Notes: a model not told the origin generated them from the letters alone. DNA of 32,000 nt from Halalkalibacterium halodurans (GCF_004376175.1 NZ_SNUY01000016.1:1-32000); one strand, 5' to 3'; shown: positions 16,395-26,645, counted from the stretch's first letter. A program made the numbers and translations.

Positions 16395-16928
16395 ATGACT
16401 AGCAAAAAGGACATGCTCGATGTGCTTCGGCACAGTCGACACGATTGGTTGAATGTCATTCAATTAATAAAAGGGTATTTGGCGTTAGAGCGCTACGATC
16501 GAATTGAAGAGGTGCTTGAGATAGCAATTCAGCAAGCTTTGAATGAAAGCAAGCTGTCCAATTTATCGATTCCTAACGTCTCCTGCTATCTTTTAACATT
16601 TAATTGGCTACAGCCACCGTATACACTTGAGTTTGAAGTAATGGGAGAAGTGACGGATTTGCAGTCGATCGAACAAGAGCTAGAATCGTTAGTTCGAGCT
16701 GCGGCAGACTTATTTAAAGCTCATTGTTCATTAGAGCGAGAAAATCATCTGTTGTTAACCTTTCAACTGTTCCCTGATTTCCTGCGGCTTACGTTTGATT
16801 TTCAAGGGAAGTTGTGCCGTTTAGAGGAGCTTGAAACGGCGCTTAAGCATGTTCTACAAAAGCGAGAAGATTCCTTTGAACTAAGGGAAGAGGAATGTGT
16901 CTTTTCTGTTTGCTTTGAGAAAAAATGA
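16395..16928 (+). CDS. spo0B: Sporulation initiation phosphotransferase Spo0B
   Basis: LRHSRHDWLNVIQLIKGYLAL matches the Spo0B phospho-His helix (RHDWMN in B. subtilis). It lies directly upstream of obg. Confidence 0.85.
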   Translation: MTSKKDMLDVLRHSRHDWLNVIQLIKGYLALERYDRIEEVLEIAIQQALNESKLSNLSIPNVSCYLLTFNWLQPPYTLEFEVMGEVTDLQSIEQELESLVRAAADLFKAHCSLERENHLLLTFQLFPDFLRLTFDFQGKLCRLEELETALKHVLQKREDSFELREEECVFSVCFEKK

Positions 16929-16940
16929 GGTGAAAAAAGG

Positions 16941-18224
16941 ATGTTTGTTGATAAAGTTAAAGTTTACGTCAAAGGTGGAGACGGCGGTAACGGAATGGTT
17001 GCCTTTCGCCGCGAAAAATACGTACCTGACGGTGGTCCGGCTGGAGGAGATGGGGGTAAAGGAGGCAGTGTGATTTTTAAAGTGGATGAAGGGCTCCGTA
17101 CCTTGATGGACTTTCGTTACCAGCGCCACTTTAAAGCCGATCGAGGGGAGCACGGCCGTCCGAAAAACCAGCATGGAAAAAATGCGGAAGATAAAATCGT
17201 GCGAGTTCCTCCAGGTACGACCGTGATTGATGAGCAAACAGGTCAAGTGCTTGCTGATCTTACCCATCACGGACAGGAAGCGATTATCGCGAAAGGTGGA
17301 CGAGGAGGCCGCGGAAATACCCGATTTGCCACTCCGGCCAATCCAGCTCCTGAGCTATCTGAGAACGGTGAACCGGGGGTAGAGCGGGACGTTATTTTGG
17401 AGCTGAAAGTGCTCGCTGATGCCGGTTTAGTCGGCTTCCCGAGCGTAGGGAAATCGACCCTTTTGTCAGTCGTGTCATCTGCTAAGCCGAAAATAGCGGA
17501 ATATCATTTTACGACGATTACGCCTAATTTAGGTGTCGTCAGAGTGGACGATGGAAGAAGCTTTGTTCTCGCTGATTTGCCGGGATTAATAGAAGGTGCT
17601 CATGAAGGGATTGGGCTCGGGCATCAGTTTTTGCGGCATATTGAACGAACGCGTGTCATCGTCCATGTGATCGATATGTCGGCTCTTGAAGGGCGAGATC
17701 CGTATGACGATTATGTAAGCATAAATGAAGAGTTAAAGGCGTATAATTTACGGCTCATGGAACGACCGCAATTAATTGTCGCCAATAAAATGGATATGCC
17801 CAATGCGGCGGAAAACTTAGAGCGTTTTAAGGAAAAGTTAACAGACAACCATCCGATTTTTCCGATTTCTGCTCTGACTCGGGATGGACTGCAGCCGCTA
17901 CTTCGGGCCATTGTGGATACGATTGAAACGACACCAGAATTTCCGATATATGAGGAGACAGAGACGGAGAGCCGTGTCCTCTATAAACATGAAAAAGAGC
18001 AAGACCCATTTGTTATCAGCCGAGCAGATGATGGAGCTTACGTGTTATCAGGTGCGGAAATTGAAAAGCTGTTTAAGATGACTGACTTTTCTCGAGACGA
18101 GTCTGTCCGCCGCTTCTCAAGACAATTGCGTCACATGGGGGTTGATGAGGCCTTGCGCCAGCGTGGAGCCAAAGACGGTGACCTTGTTCGCTTACTCGAG
18201 TTTGAATTTGAATTTATTGAATAA
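16941..18224 (+). CDS. obg: GTPase Obg/CgtA
   Basis: Glycine-rich Obg fold ([15 protein letters not shown]), G1 [10 protein letters not shown]3 [13 protein letters not shown] and a C-terminal OCT domain. Confidence 0.95.
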   Translation: MFVDKVKVYVKGGDGGNGMVAFRREKYVPDGGPAGGDGGKGGSVIFKVDEGLRTLMDFRYQRHFKADRGEHGRPKNQHGKNAEDKIVRVPPGTTVIDEQTGQVLADLTHHGQEAIIAKGGRGGRGNTRFATPANPAPELSENGEPGVERDVILELKVLADAGLVGFPSVGKSTLLSVVSSAKPKIAEYHFTTITPNLGVVRVDDGRSFVLADLPGLIEGAHEGIGLGHQFLRHIERTRVIVHVIDMSALEGRDPYDDYVSINEELKAYNLRLMERPQLIVANKMDMPNAAENLERFKEKLTDNHPIFPISALTRDGLQPLLRAIVDTIETTPEFPIYEETETESRVLYKHEKEQDPFVISRADDGAYVLSGAEIEKLFKMTDFSRDESVRRFSRQLRHMGVDEALRQRGAKDGDLVRLLEFEFEFIE

Positions 18225-18228
18225 TGGA

Positions 18229-18256
18229 GAGCTCGCCGTAGGGCGAGTTCTATTTC
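18229..18256 (+). terminator. Hairpin terminator after obg
   Basis: GAGCTCGCC-gtag-GGCGAGTTC, a 9-bp stem with one wobble, followed by tatttctt. Confidence 0.5.
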
Positions 18257-18351
18257 TTCCAAATAAAATTACTGTTCTCTTTTTGTGATTGTAACCCTCT
18301 TCACATAGGAACAAAGTGTAAAGCTAAGTTTTTCTAATCTTTCCGTTTCTG

Positions 18352-18380
18352 TTGTCAAAAGGTTTCGGCAATTTTATAAT
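18352..18380 (+). promoter_or_regulatory. Sigma-A-type promoter upstream of pheB (TTGTCA-N17-TATAAT)
   Basis: TTGTCAaaaggtttcggcaatttTATAAT. The -35 box is at 18352-18357 and the -10 box at 18375-18380, about 65 nt before the pheB start. Confidence 0.55.
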
Positions 18381-18445
18381 AAGATGACAGTGTTTTGTCA
18401 AAACGTTTATTTTAGATGGCTTTTAGAATAATTGGTGGTGAAACG

Positions 18446-18889
18446 ATGACGCGCAAGAAATTTTATCTCGTTCGCGAGGATATGTTGACAGAAGCGATGC
18501 AAAAGACGCTCGAAGCGAAGGCACTCCTCGAATCGGGAAAAAAGCGAAAAATTAATGAAGCAGTCCATGAAGTGGGATTAAGTCGCAGTGCATTTTATAA
18601 ATATAAAGACGGAGTATTTCCATTTCATACGATGACAAAAGAAAAGATCATCACGTTATCCATCAACTTAGAAGATCGCTCAGGTAACTTGTCTGCAATG
18701 CTAGCAACGGTAGCGGAAGCCGAAGCAAACGTGTTGACGATTAATCAAACGATCCCGCTACAGGGAAGGGCGAACATTACCCTCTCGATCGACACGGCCA
18801 CTATGTCACTTGAAATCGATGAGTTGGTCGAAAAAATTGAATCGATGGAAGCAGTGGAAAAAGTCGAGCTAGTTGGATCTGGTTCGTAA
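18446..18889 (+). CDS. pheB: ACT-domain protein PheB (UPF0735)
   Basis: [15 protein letters not shown]-terminus with a C-terminal ACT domain. It lies between obg and pheA as in B. subtilis. Start set at the ATG at 18446. Confidence 0.8.
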   Translation: MTRKKFYLVREDMLTEAMQKTLEAKALLESGKKRKINEAVHEVGLSRSAFYKYKDGVFPFHTMTKEKIITLSINLEDRSGNLSAMLATVAEAEANVLTINQTIPLQGRANITLSIDTATMSLEIDELVEKIESMEAVEKVELVGSGS

Positions 18890-18909
18890 CAGAAAGGTTG
18901 GACAGAGGC

Positions 18910-19788
18910 ATGAAGATTGGTTACTTAGGCCCTAGAGGAACGTTCACAGAGATGGCCGTGCAAACGTTATTCGATGATAAGAATGTATTAAAGCCTTATC
19001 GGACAATTCCGGATTGCATGGATAGTGTAGCTAACGGAGACATGGATGCAGCGGTCGTTCCAGTTGAAAATGCAATTGAGGGCTCGGTGAACGTCACCCT
19101 TGACTATTTGATTCATAAACAGCGCTTAGAAATAGTGGCAGACATCGTCGTTCCGATCTCGCAACATTTTTTAGTGCATCCTAATCAACGGGATAACGAA
19201 ATCAAAAAAATTCTTTCTCATCCACACGCTGTTGCTCAATGTCATGAATTTTTACGTTCATCCTATCCAGGTGTAGAAATTGAGTACATGACGTCAACAG
19301 CCGCAGCCGCCCAGTGGGTAGCAGATCACCCTAACGAACCAGTGGCAGCCATCGCCAATGAGCAAGCAGCCACTTCATACCAGCTAGACATGTTGGAAAA
19401 GGACATTCATGATTACGATGAAAACCGGACTCGCTTTGCTGTTTTAGCAAAAGGTAAGCTCTCTTTGCCGCCGTATCAAGTAGAGCCTTATACGAAAAAA
19501 ACGACGATGATGGTGACATTATCCTCTGATTTTTCAGGAGCGTTGCACCAAGTGCTGTCCGCTTTTGCGTGGCGCAAACTTAATTTGACGAAAATTGAAT
19601 CTCGCCCGATGAAAACCGGGCTAGGCAATTACTTTTTTATCATCGATGTGGATTGTGAAGCAGATGATGTGTTGATTCCTGGTGTCATGCAAGAGCTGGA
19701 GGCCCTTGGCTGTGGTGTCGAGTTACTCGGCAGTTACCCGTGTTTTTTTCACACTAGCTTAAAATTAACAGAAGCGAGCTCCGTATAA
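18910..19788 (+). CDS. pheA: Prephenate dehydratase
   Basis: MKIGYLGPRGTF, TRF motif (ENRTRFAVL) and ACT-domain ESRP motif (TKIESRPMK). Start set at the ATG at 18910. Confidence 0.9.
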   Translation: MKIGYLGPRGTFTEMAVQTLFDDKNVLKPYRTIPDCMDSVANGDMDAAVVPVENAIEGSVNVTLDYLIHKQRLEIVADIVVPISQHFLVHPNQRDNEIKKILSHPHAVAQCHEFLRSSYPGVEIEYMTSTAAAAQWVADHPNEPVAAIANEQAATSYQLDMLEKDIHDYDENRTRFAVLAKGKLSLPPYQVEPYTKKTTMMVTLSSDFSGALHQVLSAFAWRKLNLTKIESRPMKTGLGNYFFIIDVDCEADDVLIPGVMQELEALGCGVELLGSYPCFFHTSLKLTEASSV

Positions 19789-19801
19789 GGGCTCGCTTTT
19801 T
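19773..19801 (+). terminator. Terminator overlapping the pheA stop
   Basis: AGCGAGC-(11 nt including the TAA stop)-GCTCGCT followed by TTTTT. Confidence 0.65.
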
Positions 19802-19813
19802 GCTGGATGATAC

Positions 19814-20353
19814 CTAAAAAGAGTTTAATAAGTAGCCTTTTTCCTCTAGAGCACGAATGGCCTCATCTAGAATGGCCTCAGATTCAGCTTCTAACGTGTG
19901 CATATGAACACCTTTCGTCAAGGTAGATAACAATGTGCCATTCGATTCCTCCATCCGCTTGCAAAACAGTGCTACATCTTTCCGCGATTTTAAGTGGAGG
20001 GAGGCGGTAATGTCTCCATAAACAGGATGATCAACCGTCACATCTTTAATGAGAACGCCGTGATCGACAAGAGTTAATAGCTCGTCCTTCATATCGGCTG
20101 GCCCATGCTGGCATGCGACGACGCGCTGTGCTTGTACAGTATTAGCTTCCTTCATGTATATATAGCCTTGAGCTGTCGCGAGAATCGGATGATTCTTTGC
20201 TTTGAGTAGTGATACGTCTTGGACGATTACCTGTCTAGACACATTGGTTCGTTTGGCAAGCTCTGCACCTGTTAAAGGTGTGTCGCTTGCTTTTAACCAC
20301 TTGATTAATAGGCTTCGTCGCTCCTCACCTAATATTTTTTTCTCATCACTCAC
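19814..20353 (-). CDS. niaR: NiaR (YrxA) niacin-responsive repressor of de novo NAD synthesis
   Basis: N-terminal HTH ([10 protein letters not shown]...[25 protein letters not shown]) plus a C-terminal 3H domain. Its start overlaps the nifS stop (ATGA). Position is as in B. subtilis. Confidence 0.8.
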
Positions 20354-21477
20354 ATCGGTTCACCTTTCCTATCGATTAATTGTTGTAAAAAGTCAATAAA
20401 AGCATTAAATTCCTGTTCCGTCGTACTTATCCCAAAGCTGACACGAAAAAACTGATCAGCTTCCTCCTTTGTTCGGCCAATCGCTGCAAAAACCGGATCA
20501 GGCTCATGGTGAGAAGAAGAACACGCCGTTCCAGTAGAGATGGCAAATCCTGCTCGGTTCGCCTCAAGCATGACAAATTGTCCTTCCATCCCATGTAACC
20601 GTAAGCCAAAATGGTGTTTCAATCGGTTAGACGGATGACCTTCTAGGATCATAGGCCATTCCATCATTTTTTCTTTAAACTGGTGATGGAGTTTCGTAAT
20701 ATGTTGATCGTATGCTGTCCGATGCTGAAAGCTCTCTTCAATGGCAGCGGTAAAGGCAGCGACACTAGGAATATCAACGGTTCCTTGGCGAAAGCCACTT
20801 TGCTGGGTAACGCCAGAAAGAAAAGGCTCCCATTGGATCGCAGGATCGATATAGGCGAGGCCGATCCCTTTTGGGCCATTGATCTTATGTCCTGACATTG
20901 TTAAGCTGTGAAGCAGCCTAATCGGGACATCAACTTTGCCGATCGATTGGGTACAGTCGCTATGGAAAAGTATATCATAAGTGACTAGTGGTTCGGCAAA
21001 GGTTTCGAGCGATTGAATCGTTCCTAGAACACTCTGGCTATGAGCGATTGAGACGAGGATTGTATCCTCTCGAATGGTCTCCATAAGAGCATCAACAGAC
21101 ACTTGGCCGTAACTGTTCACTGGTACATACGAAACGTCAAACTGCTGGGATTCCAAATAGCGGAATGTGCTCAAAACCGAAGGGTGTTCACATTTTGTCG
21201 TGATGAGATGCCTCCCTTTCCTGCGGTGGGCGAGGGCAAGGCTAACAATTGTTAAAAAGTTGGCCTCAGAGGCAGAGCCGGTAAAAAAGATTCCTGCTGG
21301 ATCTATGTGCAAAAGGTTGGCGATTTGTCGTTTGCACTGCTCTAAAATGTTCGATGCTTCGTAGCCAACATCGTGTAAGCTATTCAGATTTCCATAAAAT
21401 TGTGAGGCGACCGTTACATAAACGTCTTTTACATAGTCTGACATTGGTGTTGTTGCACAATAATCTAAATAAATCAT
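20350..21477 (-). CDS. nifS: Class V aminotransferase / cysteine desulfurase (NifS of the nad locus)
   Basis: PLP-lysine motif [10 protein letters not shown] and catalytic Cys loop GTACSS. Start set at the ATG at 21477 (SD AAAGGAGGG). Confidence 0.85.
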
Positions 21478-21560
21478 GTTACGATCCCTCCTTTGGTCAA
21501 TCTCCACTATTTGTTAAGCGATAAAAAACTCTTGTCGCTAGTTTAAATTTGTGTAAATAT

Positions 21561-21576
21561 AGATGTCAAGACATAT
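21561..21576. promoter_or_regulatory. Candidate NiaR operator in the nifS/nadB divergent promoter region
   Basis: Near-palindrome AGATGTC-AA-GACATAT. On the minus strand it reads ATATGTCTTGACATCT. The TGTCTTGACA core matches my recollection of the Bacillales NiaR box. The TTGACA within it is also a plausible -35 box for nifS. Confidence 0.45.
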
Positions 21577-21587
21577 GTAAATGAGGG

Positions 21588-23126
21588 GTGTCTAAATTGA
21601 GGTGCGATGGAGAGGTCATCATTGTTGGTAGTGGAATTGCTGCAATGATGAGCGCATACCTGCTTCGAAAGTCTTTTCATGTGATCATGATCACAAAGTC
21701 TGATGTTTTTGCGAGCAATTCTTTTCTTGCGCAAGGGGGGATCGCCGCCCCAATCGCAGAAGGGGATGATTGGCAGGCCCACACGGCCGATACGTGGAAG
21801 GCAGGGGCCGCACATGGCGATGAAACATCGATTGAAATGATGACAAAACATGCGGTGAACATGATCGAATTGCTTGATGATCTAGGCGTCCCGTTTGATC
21901 GTGAAGAAAGTGGCGGGTACTCGCTAGGATTAGAAGGTGCCCACGGTACAAGGAGAATCGTCCACGTCAATGGGGCGGAGACAGGAAAAGCGGTCATGCG
22001 TGCTTTATGGAAGGCGATAAAAGATGAAATCACACTGTTAGACCGTACATGTGTGTATCGGTTTATAAAAAATAAGGATGAGATTATTGGTGTGGAGACA
22101 GACCAAGGGAGTCTCTTTGCTCCTGTAACGATTGTGGCGACCGGAGGATGTGGACAAATGTATTCGGTCACATCGAACGGAAAAGAGGCAACGGGAGATG
22201 GGATCGCCCTCGCGTATCGCAGTGGTGCGGCCATTTCAGATGTAGAATTCATTCAATTTCATCCAACCGTTTATGCCGGCAATGAAAAGGAGAAGGGGCT
22301 ACTCATTTCAGAAGCCGTTCGGGGGGAAGGCGGTCAGCTGATAACTTCTGCTGGTGAGAGGTTGCAATCATTAAAATCGCGGGACGTTGTAAGCCGTGAG
22401 ATTTTTAGGCAAGAGAGGGAAGGTCATACAGTCCATTTAGATTTAACGGGGATTAGCGATTTTGAAAGGAAATTCCCGGCCCTTTATAAGGGATTAAACA
22501 AATCAGATAGAAGAACATTGAAGCCGCGAGTCACACCAGGCGCTCATTTTTTAAATGGTGGAATTTCGGTTGATGCGTGGGGGCAAACGTCGTTGTCTAG
22601 ACTCTATGCTGTTGGAGAAGTGGCATGCACCGGTGTGCACGGTGCCAACAGGTTGGCAAGCAACTCATTGCTTGAAGGTCTCGTATTTGCTCATCAAGCA
22701 GCTACTCACATTCAACAGACGTTTCAACCACTGACAGCTGGATTGTTCGTAGAAAGAGATAAAGCGGAACCACGTTCTTTCAAGTTGCCAACCCGAGAAG
22801 ACTTACAGAAAAAGATGATGCGTTATGTTGGAATTGAACGTCATGCGAGATCGCTATGGTATATGAATAATTGGTTTCAGCCGTTCTTAGACACTGCTCA
22901 CTATAATGGGCCATGGCCAGAGCGGGACATGTTTGAGCAGGCAAACATGATATTGCTCGCCAGCCTCATTACACGTTCGGCGGCCATACGGACTGAAAGT
23001 CGAGGGGGGCATTTCCGTGCAGACTACCCGAACAGTCAGGATAAGTTTCAACAACTCATCATCGAATGGCAAAATGGAGCCCATATGAAAAGGCAGCGTC
23101 CGACGATAAAGGAGTTGAGTCGATGA
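21588..23126 (+). CDS. nadB: L-aspartate oxidase
   Basis: FAD fold VIIVGSGIAAM plus RLASNSLLEGLVF and ESRGGHFR motifs. The start is uncertain: GTG at 21588 or TTG at 21597, with SD GAGGGG before them. Confidence 0.9.
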   Translation: MSKLRCDGEVIIVGSGIAAMMSAYLLRKSFHVIMITKSDVFASNSFLAQGGIAAPIAEGDDWQAHTADTWKAGAAHGDETSIEMMTKHAVNMIELLDDLGVPFDREESGGYSLGLEGAHGTRRIVHVNGAETGKAVMRALWKAIKDEITLLDRTCVYRFIKNKDEIIGVETDQGSLFAPVTIVATGGCGQMYSVTSNGKEATGDGIALAYRSGAAISDVEFIQFHPTVYAGNEKEKGLLISEAVRGEGGQLITSAGERLQSLKSRDVVSREIFRQEREGHTVHLDLTGISDFERKFPALYKGLNKSDRRTLKPRVTPGAHFLNGGISVDAWGQTSLSRLYAVGEVACTGVHGANRLASNSLLEGLVFAHQAATHIQQTFQPLTAGLFVERDKAEPRSFKLPTREDLQKKMMRYVGIERHARSLWYMNNWFQPFLDTAHYNGPWPERDMFEQANMILLASLITRSAAIRTESRGGHFRADYPNSQDKFQQLIIEWQNGAHMKRQRPTIKELSR

Positions 23127-23968
23127 ATCGATTAGCGGTGAAGAGAGCATTGGAGCGTTTTTTTCTAGAAGATGGTTTCAATGGGGATATAACGACCACT
23201 GCCATCTTTCCTCCATCTGAAAAATGTGTTGCCCATGTGAAGGCGAAGGCAAGAGGCGTTGTTTCTGGTCTTTCCCTTCTCGAAATAGGATACTGTCTGT
23301 TAGATGATCACATTCATGTGGAAGAAAGAGTGAAGGACGGTCAGGAAGTGCGACCAGGAGATGTGATCGCAACGATTCAAGGACCGGTTCATCACGTATT
23401 GTTTGGGGAACGTGTCCTATTGAATTTAATTCAACGGATGAGTGGGATTGCAACTGTGACGAGGAAGGCGATTGATACATTGAATGACCCGTCCATTCGA
23501 ATTTGCGATACACGAAAAACGACACCAGGCTTAAAGTTGTTCGAAAAATATGCAGTAAGGTCAGGGGGAGGTTACAACCATCGCCTCAATTTAAGTGACA
23601 TGGTGTTAATTAAAGATAACCATATTGCCCAAGCAAAGGGCATTCGTCAAGCAGTGACACAGGCGCGCTCTGTGATTGGACATTCGTTGAAAATTGAAGT
23701 GGAAGTGGAAAATCGAGAGCAACTAGAGGAAGCCGTTGATGCAGGTGTCGATATTATTATGTTTGATAACATGCCTCCTCATATCATTAAAGAGTATGTA
23801 GCATTAGTTCCAGATGGAATTGTTACCGAAGCTTCAGGAGGAATTTCGTTACAAACAATTGCTTCCTATCGCGGCTGCGGTGTTGACTATCTCTCGCTTG
23901 GGTTCATTACCCATTCAGCTCCGATATTAGACTTCACTTTACTTATCGATGAGGAGGGAGAACAATGA
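23123..23968 (+). CDS. nadC: Nicotinate-nucleotide pyrophosphorylase (quinolinate phosphoribosyltransferase)
   Basis: [10 protein letters not shown] and IKDNHI motifs. The ATG at 23123 overlaps the nadB stop (ATGA) and has SD AAGGAG upstream. Confidence 0.9.
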   Translation: MNRLAVKRALERFFLEDGFNGDITTTAIFPPSEKCVAHVKAKARGVVSGLSLLEIGYCLLDDHIHVEERVKDGQEVRPGDVIATIQGPVHHVLFGERVLLNLIQRMSGIATVTRKAIDTLNDPSIRICDTRKTTPGLKLFEKYAVRSGGGYNHRLNLSDMVLIKDNHIAQAKGIRQAVTQARSVIGHSLKIEVEVENREQLEEAVDAGVDIIMFDNMPPHIIKEYVALVPDGIVTEASGGISLQTIASYRGCGVDYLSLGFITHSAPILDFTLLIDEEGEQ

Positions 23969-25068
23969 ACGTTTTCGATACGTTACAACAGTCAAAAAAA
24001 CTGCCAGACGTGTATCGGCAAATGACACGAGTTGAATTGGAGGAAAGAATTCGCCAGCATAAAGAAAGGCTTGGGAAAAAACTTTTGATGTTAGGCCATC
24101 ACTACCAGCGAGATGAGGTATTCCAATTTGCGGATCAAACAGGAGACTCACTACAGTTAGCACAGATGGCAGCAAAAGAAAAAGAGGCACAGTTTATTGT
24201 TTTTTGTGGAGTTCACTTTATGGCAGAGACGGCTGATCTGTTAACAAGCGAAGAGCAAACGGTGTTACTTCCCGATTTGCGTGCAGGCTGTTCCATGGCC
24301 GATATGGCCGATATTCACCAAACCGAAAGAGCGTGGGAGCGATTGCAATTAATGTTTGGTGATACGATCCTCCCGTTGACATATGTGAACAGTACAGCAG
24401 CAATAAAAGCGTTTTGCGGTCGGAACGGAGGGGCTACTGTTACTTCATCAAATGCAAAAAAGATGCTGGAGTGGGCGTTCACACAAAAGGAAAGGTTGTT
24501 GTTTTTACCGGATCAACATTTAGGTCGGAACACAGCATACGAACTTGGAATTCCTCTTGAGGCGATGGCTGTTTGGAATCCTGAGACTGAACGGTTGGAG
24601 ACAGATCAGCCGTTAGAGAACATACGGGTGATTCTTTGGAAAGGCCATTGTTCTGTACACGAAAAATTTACGGTGAAACATATCGAACATTTGCGGAAAA
24701 ATGAACCTGATATGTCGATCATCGTTCATCCAGAATGTACTCACGATGTGGTGATCCATGCAGATGATGCAGGCTCTACCCATTATATTATTAAGACAAT
24801 TGAGAGCGCTGATTCTGGAACAAAATGGGCGGTAGGAACGGAAATGAACTTAGTCAACCGTTTAGCAAATGAACACCCTGACAAGGAAATCGTTTCCCTC
24901 AACCCGACGATGTGTCCTTGTTTAACGATGAATCGCATCGATATTGAGCATTTATGCTGGAGCTTAGATCAATTGGCGGAGGGGATTTTCCAGCATCCGA
25001 TCAAGGTGGAGGATAAGGATCGGGGACAGGCTCTTTTAGCGTTGCAGCGCATGCTCGATCGAGCTTAG
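23965..25068 (+). CDS. nadA: Quinolinate synthase A
   Basis: 367 aa of NadA type with conserved Cys residues ([22 protein letters not shown]). The start overlaps the nadC stop (ATGA). Confidence 0.9.
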   Translation: MNVFDTLQQSKKLPDVYRQMTRVELEERIRQHKERLGKKLLMLGHHYQRDEVFQFADQTGDSLQLAQMAAKEKEAQFIVFCGVHFMAETADLLTSEEQTVLLPDLRAGCSMADMADIHQTERAWERLQLMFGDTILPLTYVNSTAAIKAFCGRNGGATVTSSNAKKMLEWAFTQKERLLFLPDQHLGRNTAYELGIPLEAMAVWNPETERLETDQPLENIRVILWKGHCSVHEKFTVKHIEHLRKNEPDMSIIVHPECTHDVVIHADDAGSTHYIIKTIESADSGTKWAVGTEMNLVNRLANEHPDKEIVSLNPTMCPCLTMNRIDIEHLCWSLDQLAEGIFQHPIKVEDKDRGQALLALQRMLDRA

Positions 25069-25071
25069 ATG

Positions 25072-25103
25072 AAAAGTTCACGATGATTGTCGTGAACTTT
25101 TTT
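25072..25103 (+). terminator. Terminator after nadA
   Basis: Perfect 11-bp stem AAAAGTTCACG / CGTGAACTTTT with an 8-nt loop, running into a T-run. Confidence 0.75.
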
Positions 25104-25352
25104 CATTTCATTTTCAAGAGAAACGTTCGTAAGGTGTGTTTTCCGAAGAAAAAGTTAGAAACGAAGGATTTTGCAAGAAGACAAGCTTTTCTCCTGAAAA
25201 AAATCGAACCTTGACACATATTTTTGATCAAGGCGACATAAAGTTTGCTGAGATAGATTGTTACCGGCGCCTTTGTCACATCATGTCAGAAATTTGATAG
25301 TGGCGATTTGCCCAATACTGCATAGGATGATGACTATAGGAGGGAGTGTAAC

Positions 25353-26567
25353 GTGAAAATTCATATTGTGCAAAAAGGGGACACCTTATGGAAGCTGGCC
25401 AAAAAGTACGGAGTGGATTTTGAACAGCTAAAGGCAGCAAATAGCCAATTAGCGAATCCCGATATGATCATGCCTGGGATGAAGATCAAAATTCCGACAG
25501 GAAGCGTGCCAGTGAAAAAAGAAGGACCACACGTTCAGGTGAAAGAGCAACCGGTGCAACCAATCCATCCGAAAGAAGCACCGACTCCACCACCAACTCA
25601 TGTCATGCCGCAAATGCCAACGATGCCCCACCCAAAAGTGACACAGGAAGCAAAAGTAACGGAAAAAACGCAAAATATGTATGAAACTCATTTGAACTTT
25701 AATTATTACGGACAGCCGAAACCGCCTGTGGCACCGATTCCGAAACCACCAAAGAAGGAGATGCCCAAAAAGGAAATCCCTAAAAAGGAGGTACCAAAGA
25801 AGGAGATGCCTAAAAAGGAAATGCCTAAACAGAAAGTGACACCGAAAGAATTTCCGAAAAAAGAGATGCCAAAAAAAGAAATGCCGAAGCCTACTCCGCC
25901 TCCTCCAAAACCGAAGCCGATGCCGATGGTGACCGCACCTGTCCATAAACCGATGCCAAAACCGAAACCAATGCCTGTACAAATGCCTATGCATATGCCA
26001 GTGAGTAAATGCGTTCAACCTCAATGGCAACCGGTGAGTCCATTAATGCCAGGATGTAGCCCAGGTCCTGTTCATGGAATGCATAGTCCACATGGAATGT
26101 ACCCAACGATGCCCCAAATGGATTTTGGCCACCACGAGTGGACACCTGATATGATGCCACCGTCAACGTGGGGTCACCCAATGCAACAACAATGGCCGCA
26201 GATGGATCAAAACGTGCATCCGCAACAATGGCCGCAAATGGATCAAAACGTGCATCCGCAGCAATGGCCGCAAATGGATCAAAACGTGCATCCGCAACAA
26301 TGGCCGCAAATGGATCAAAACGTGCATCCACAGCAATGGCCGCAAATGGATCAAAACGTGCATCCACAGCAATGGCCACAAATGTCTCAGCAACCAATGC
26401 AACCGCAAATGATGCCATTTGGCACACAGCCGCAACAAATGCATGGAATGGGACATTCTCCATATGGAATGATGCCAGGTTCTGGACAGGGATGGGGAGC
26501 GCCAAGTCAATTCAGTGATTATGAAGTGCCAAATCAGTATCGGGAAGAAGATGACTACGAAGATTGA
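25353..26567 (+). CDS. safA: Spore coat morphogenetic protein SafA (LysM domain + repeat-rich region)
   Basis: GTG start with SD GGAGGGAG. The N-terminal LysM domain, MKIHIVQKGDTLWKLAKKYGVDFEQLKAANSQLANPDMIMPGMKIKIP, is almost identical to B. subtilis SafA as I recall it. It lies after nadA as in B. subtilis. Confidence 0.85.
   Translation: MKIHIVQKGDTLWKLAKKYGVDFEQLKAANSQLANPDMIMPGMKIKIPTGSVPVKKEGPHVQVKEQPVQPIHPKEAPTPPPTHVMPQMPTMPHPKVTQEAKVTEKTQNMYETHLNFNYYGQPKPPVAPIPKPPKKEMPKKEIPKKEVPKKEMPKKEMPKQKVTPKEFPKKEMPKKEMPKPTPPPPKPKPMPMVTAPVHKPMPKPKPMPVQMPMHMPVSKCVQPQWQPVSPLMPGCSPGPVHGMHSPHGMYPTMPQMDFGHHEWTPDMMPPSTWGHPMQQQWPQMDQNVHPQQWPQMDQNVHPQQWPQMDQNVHPQQWPQMDQNVHPQQWPQMDQNVHPQQWPQMSQQPMQPQMMPFGTQPQQMHGMGHSPYGMMPGSGQGWGAPSQFSDYEVPNQYREEDDYED
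25746..25893 (+). repeat. In-frame 15-nt (5-aa) periodic repeat P-K-K-E-(M/I/V)
   Basis: PKKEMPKKEIPKKEVPKKEMPKKEMPKQKVTPKEFPKKEMPKKEMPKP. The DNA repeats ccNaaRaaggaRatg. Confidence 0.85.
26187..26390 (+). repeat. In-frame 36-nt tandem repeat, 5 full units plus one partial (QQWPQMDQNVHP)
   Basis: Units start at 26187, 26223, 26259, 26295 and 26331. They differ only at synonymous third positions (caa/cag, ccg/cca). The partial sixth unit diverges (QQWPQMSQ). Confidence 0.95.
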
Positions 26568-26598
26568 CAGTCACTCCAGTAACTAACAGACTAAAGAG

Positions 26599-26638
26599 AG
26601 CCTCCTTAAGCCAGTCTAAAAGGTGAAAGGAGGCTTTT
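26599..26638 (+). terminator. Hairpin between safA and coxA whose 3' arm is the coxA SD
   Basis: AGCCTCCTT-(19 nt)-AAGGAGGCT followed by TTT. AAGGAGG (26628-26634) lies 11 nt before the coxA ATG. Confidence 0.45.
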
Positions 26639-26645
26639 AAAACCG

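Noticed and set aside
16881-17270. 129-aa minus-strand ORF across the spo0B/obg junction.
   Set aside because: It is antisense to two well-supported genes and has no SD.
21677-22252. 191-aa minus-strand ORF (and 21691..21951, 21543..21851).
   Set aside because: These are antisense to nadB, which has strong family motifs. They have no SD and an implausible composition.
26187-26390. Regular 36-nt repeats that might suggest a CRISPR array.
   Set aside because: The units are contiguous with no spacers. They are in frame within safA, not palindromic, and no cas genes are present.
25449-26518. Four long ORFs overlapping safA (25449..26030 -, 25987..26505 -, 26163..26510 -, 26168..26518 +), including repetitive proteins.
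   Set aside because: They are alternative-frame or antisense readings of the Pro/Lys/Gln-rich repeats in safA. Repeats lacking stop codons stay open in several frames. None has an SD, and safA itself has a clear LysM domain and start signals.
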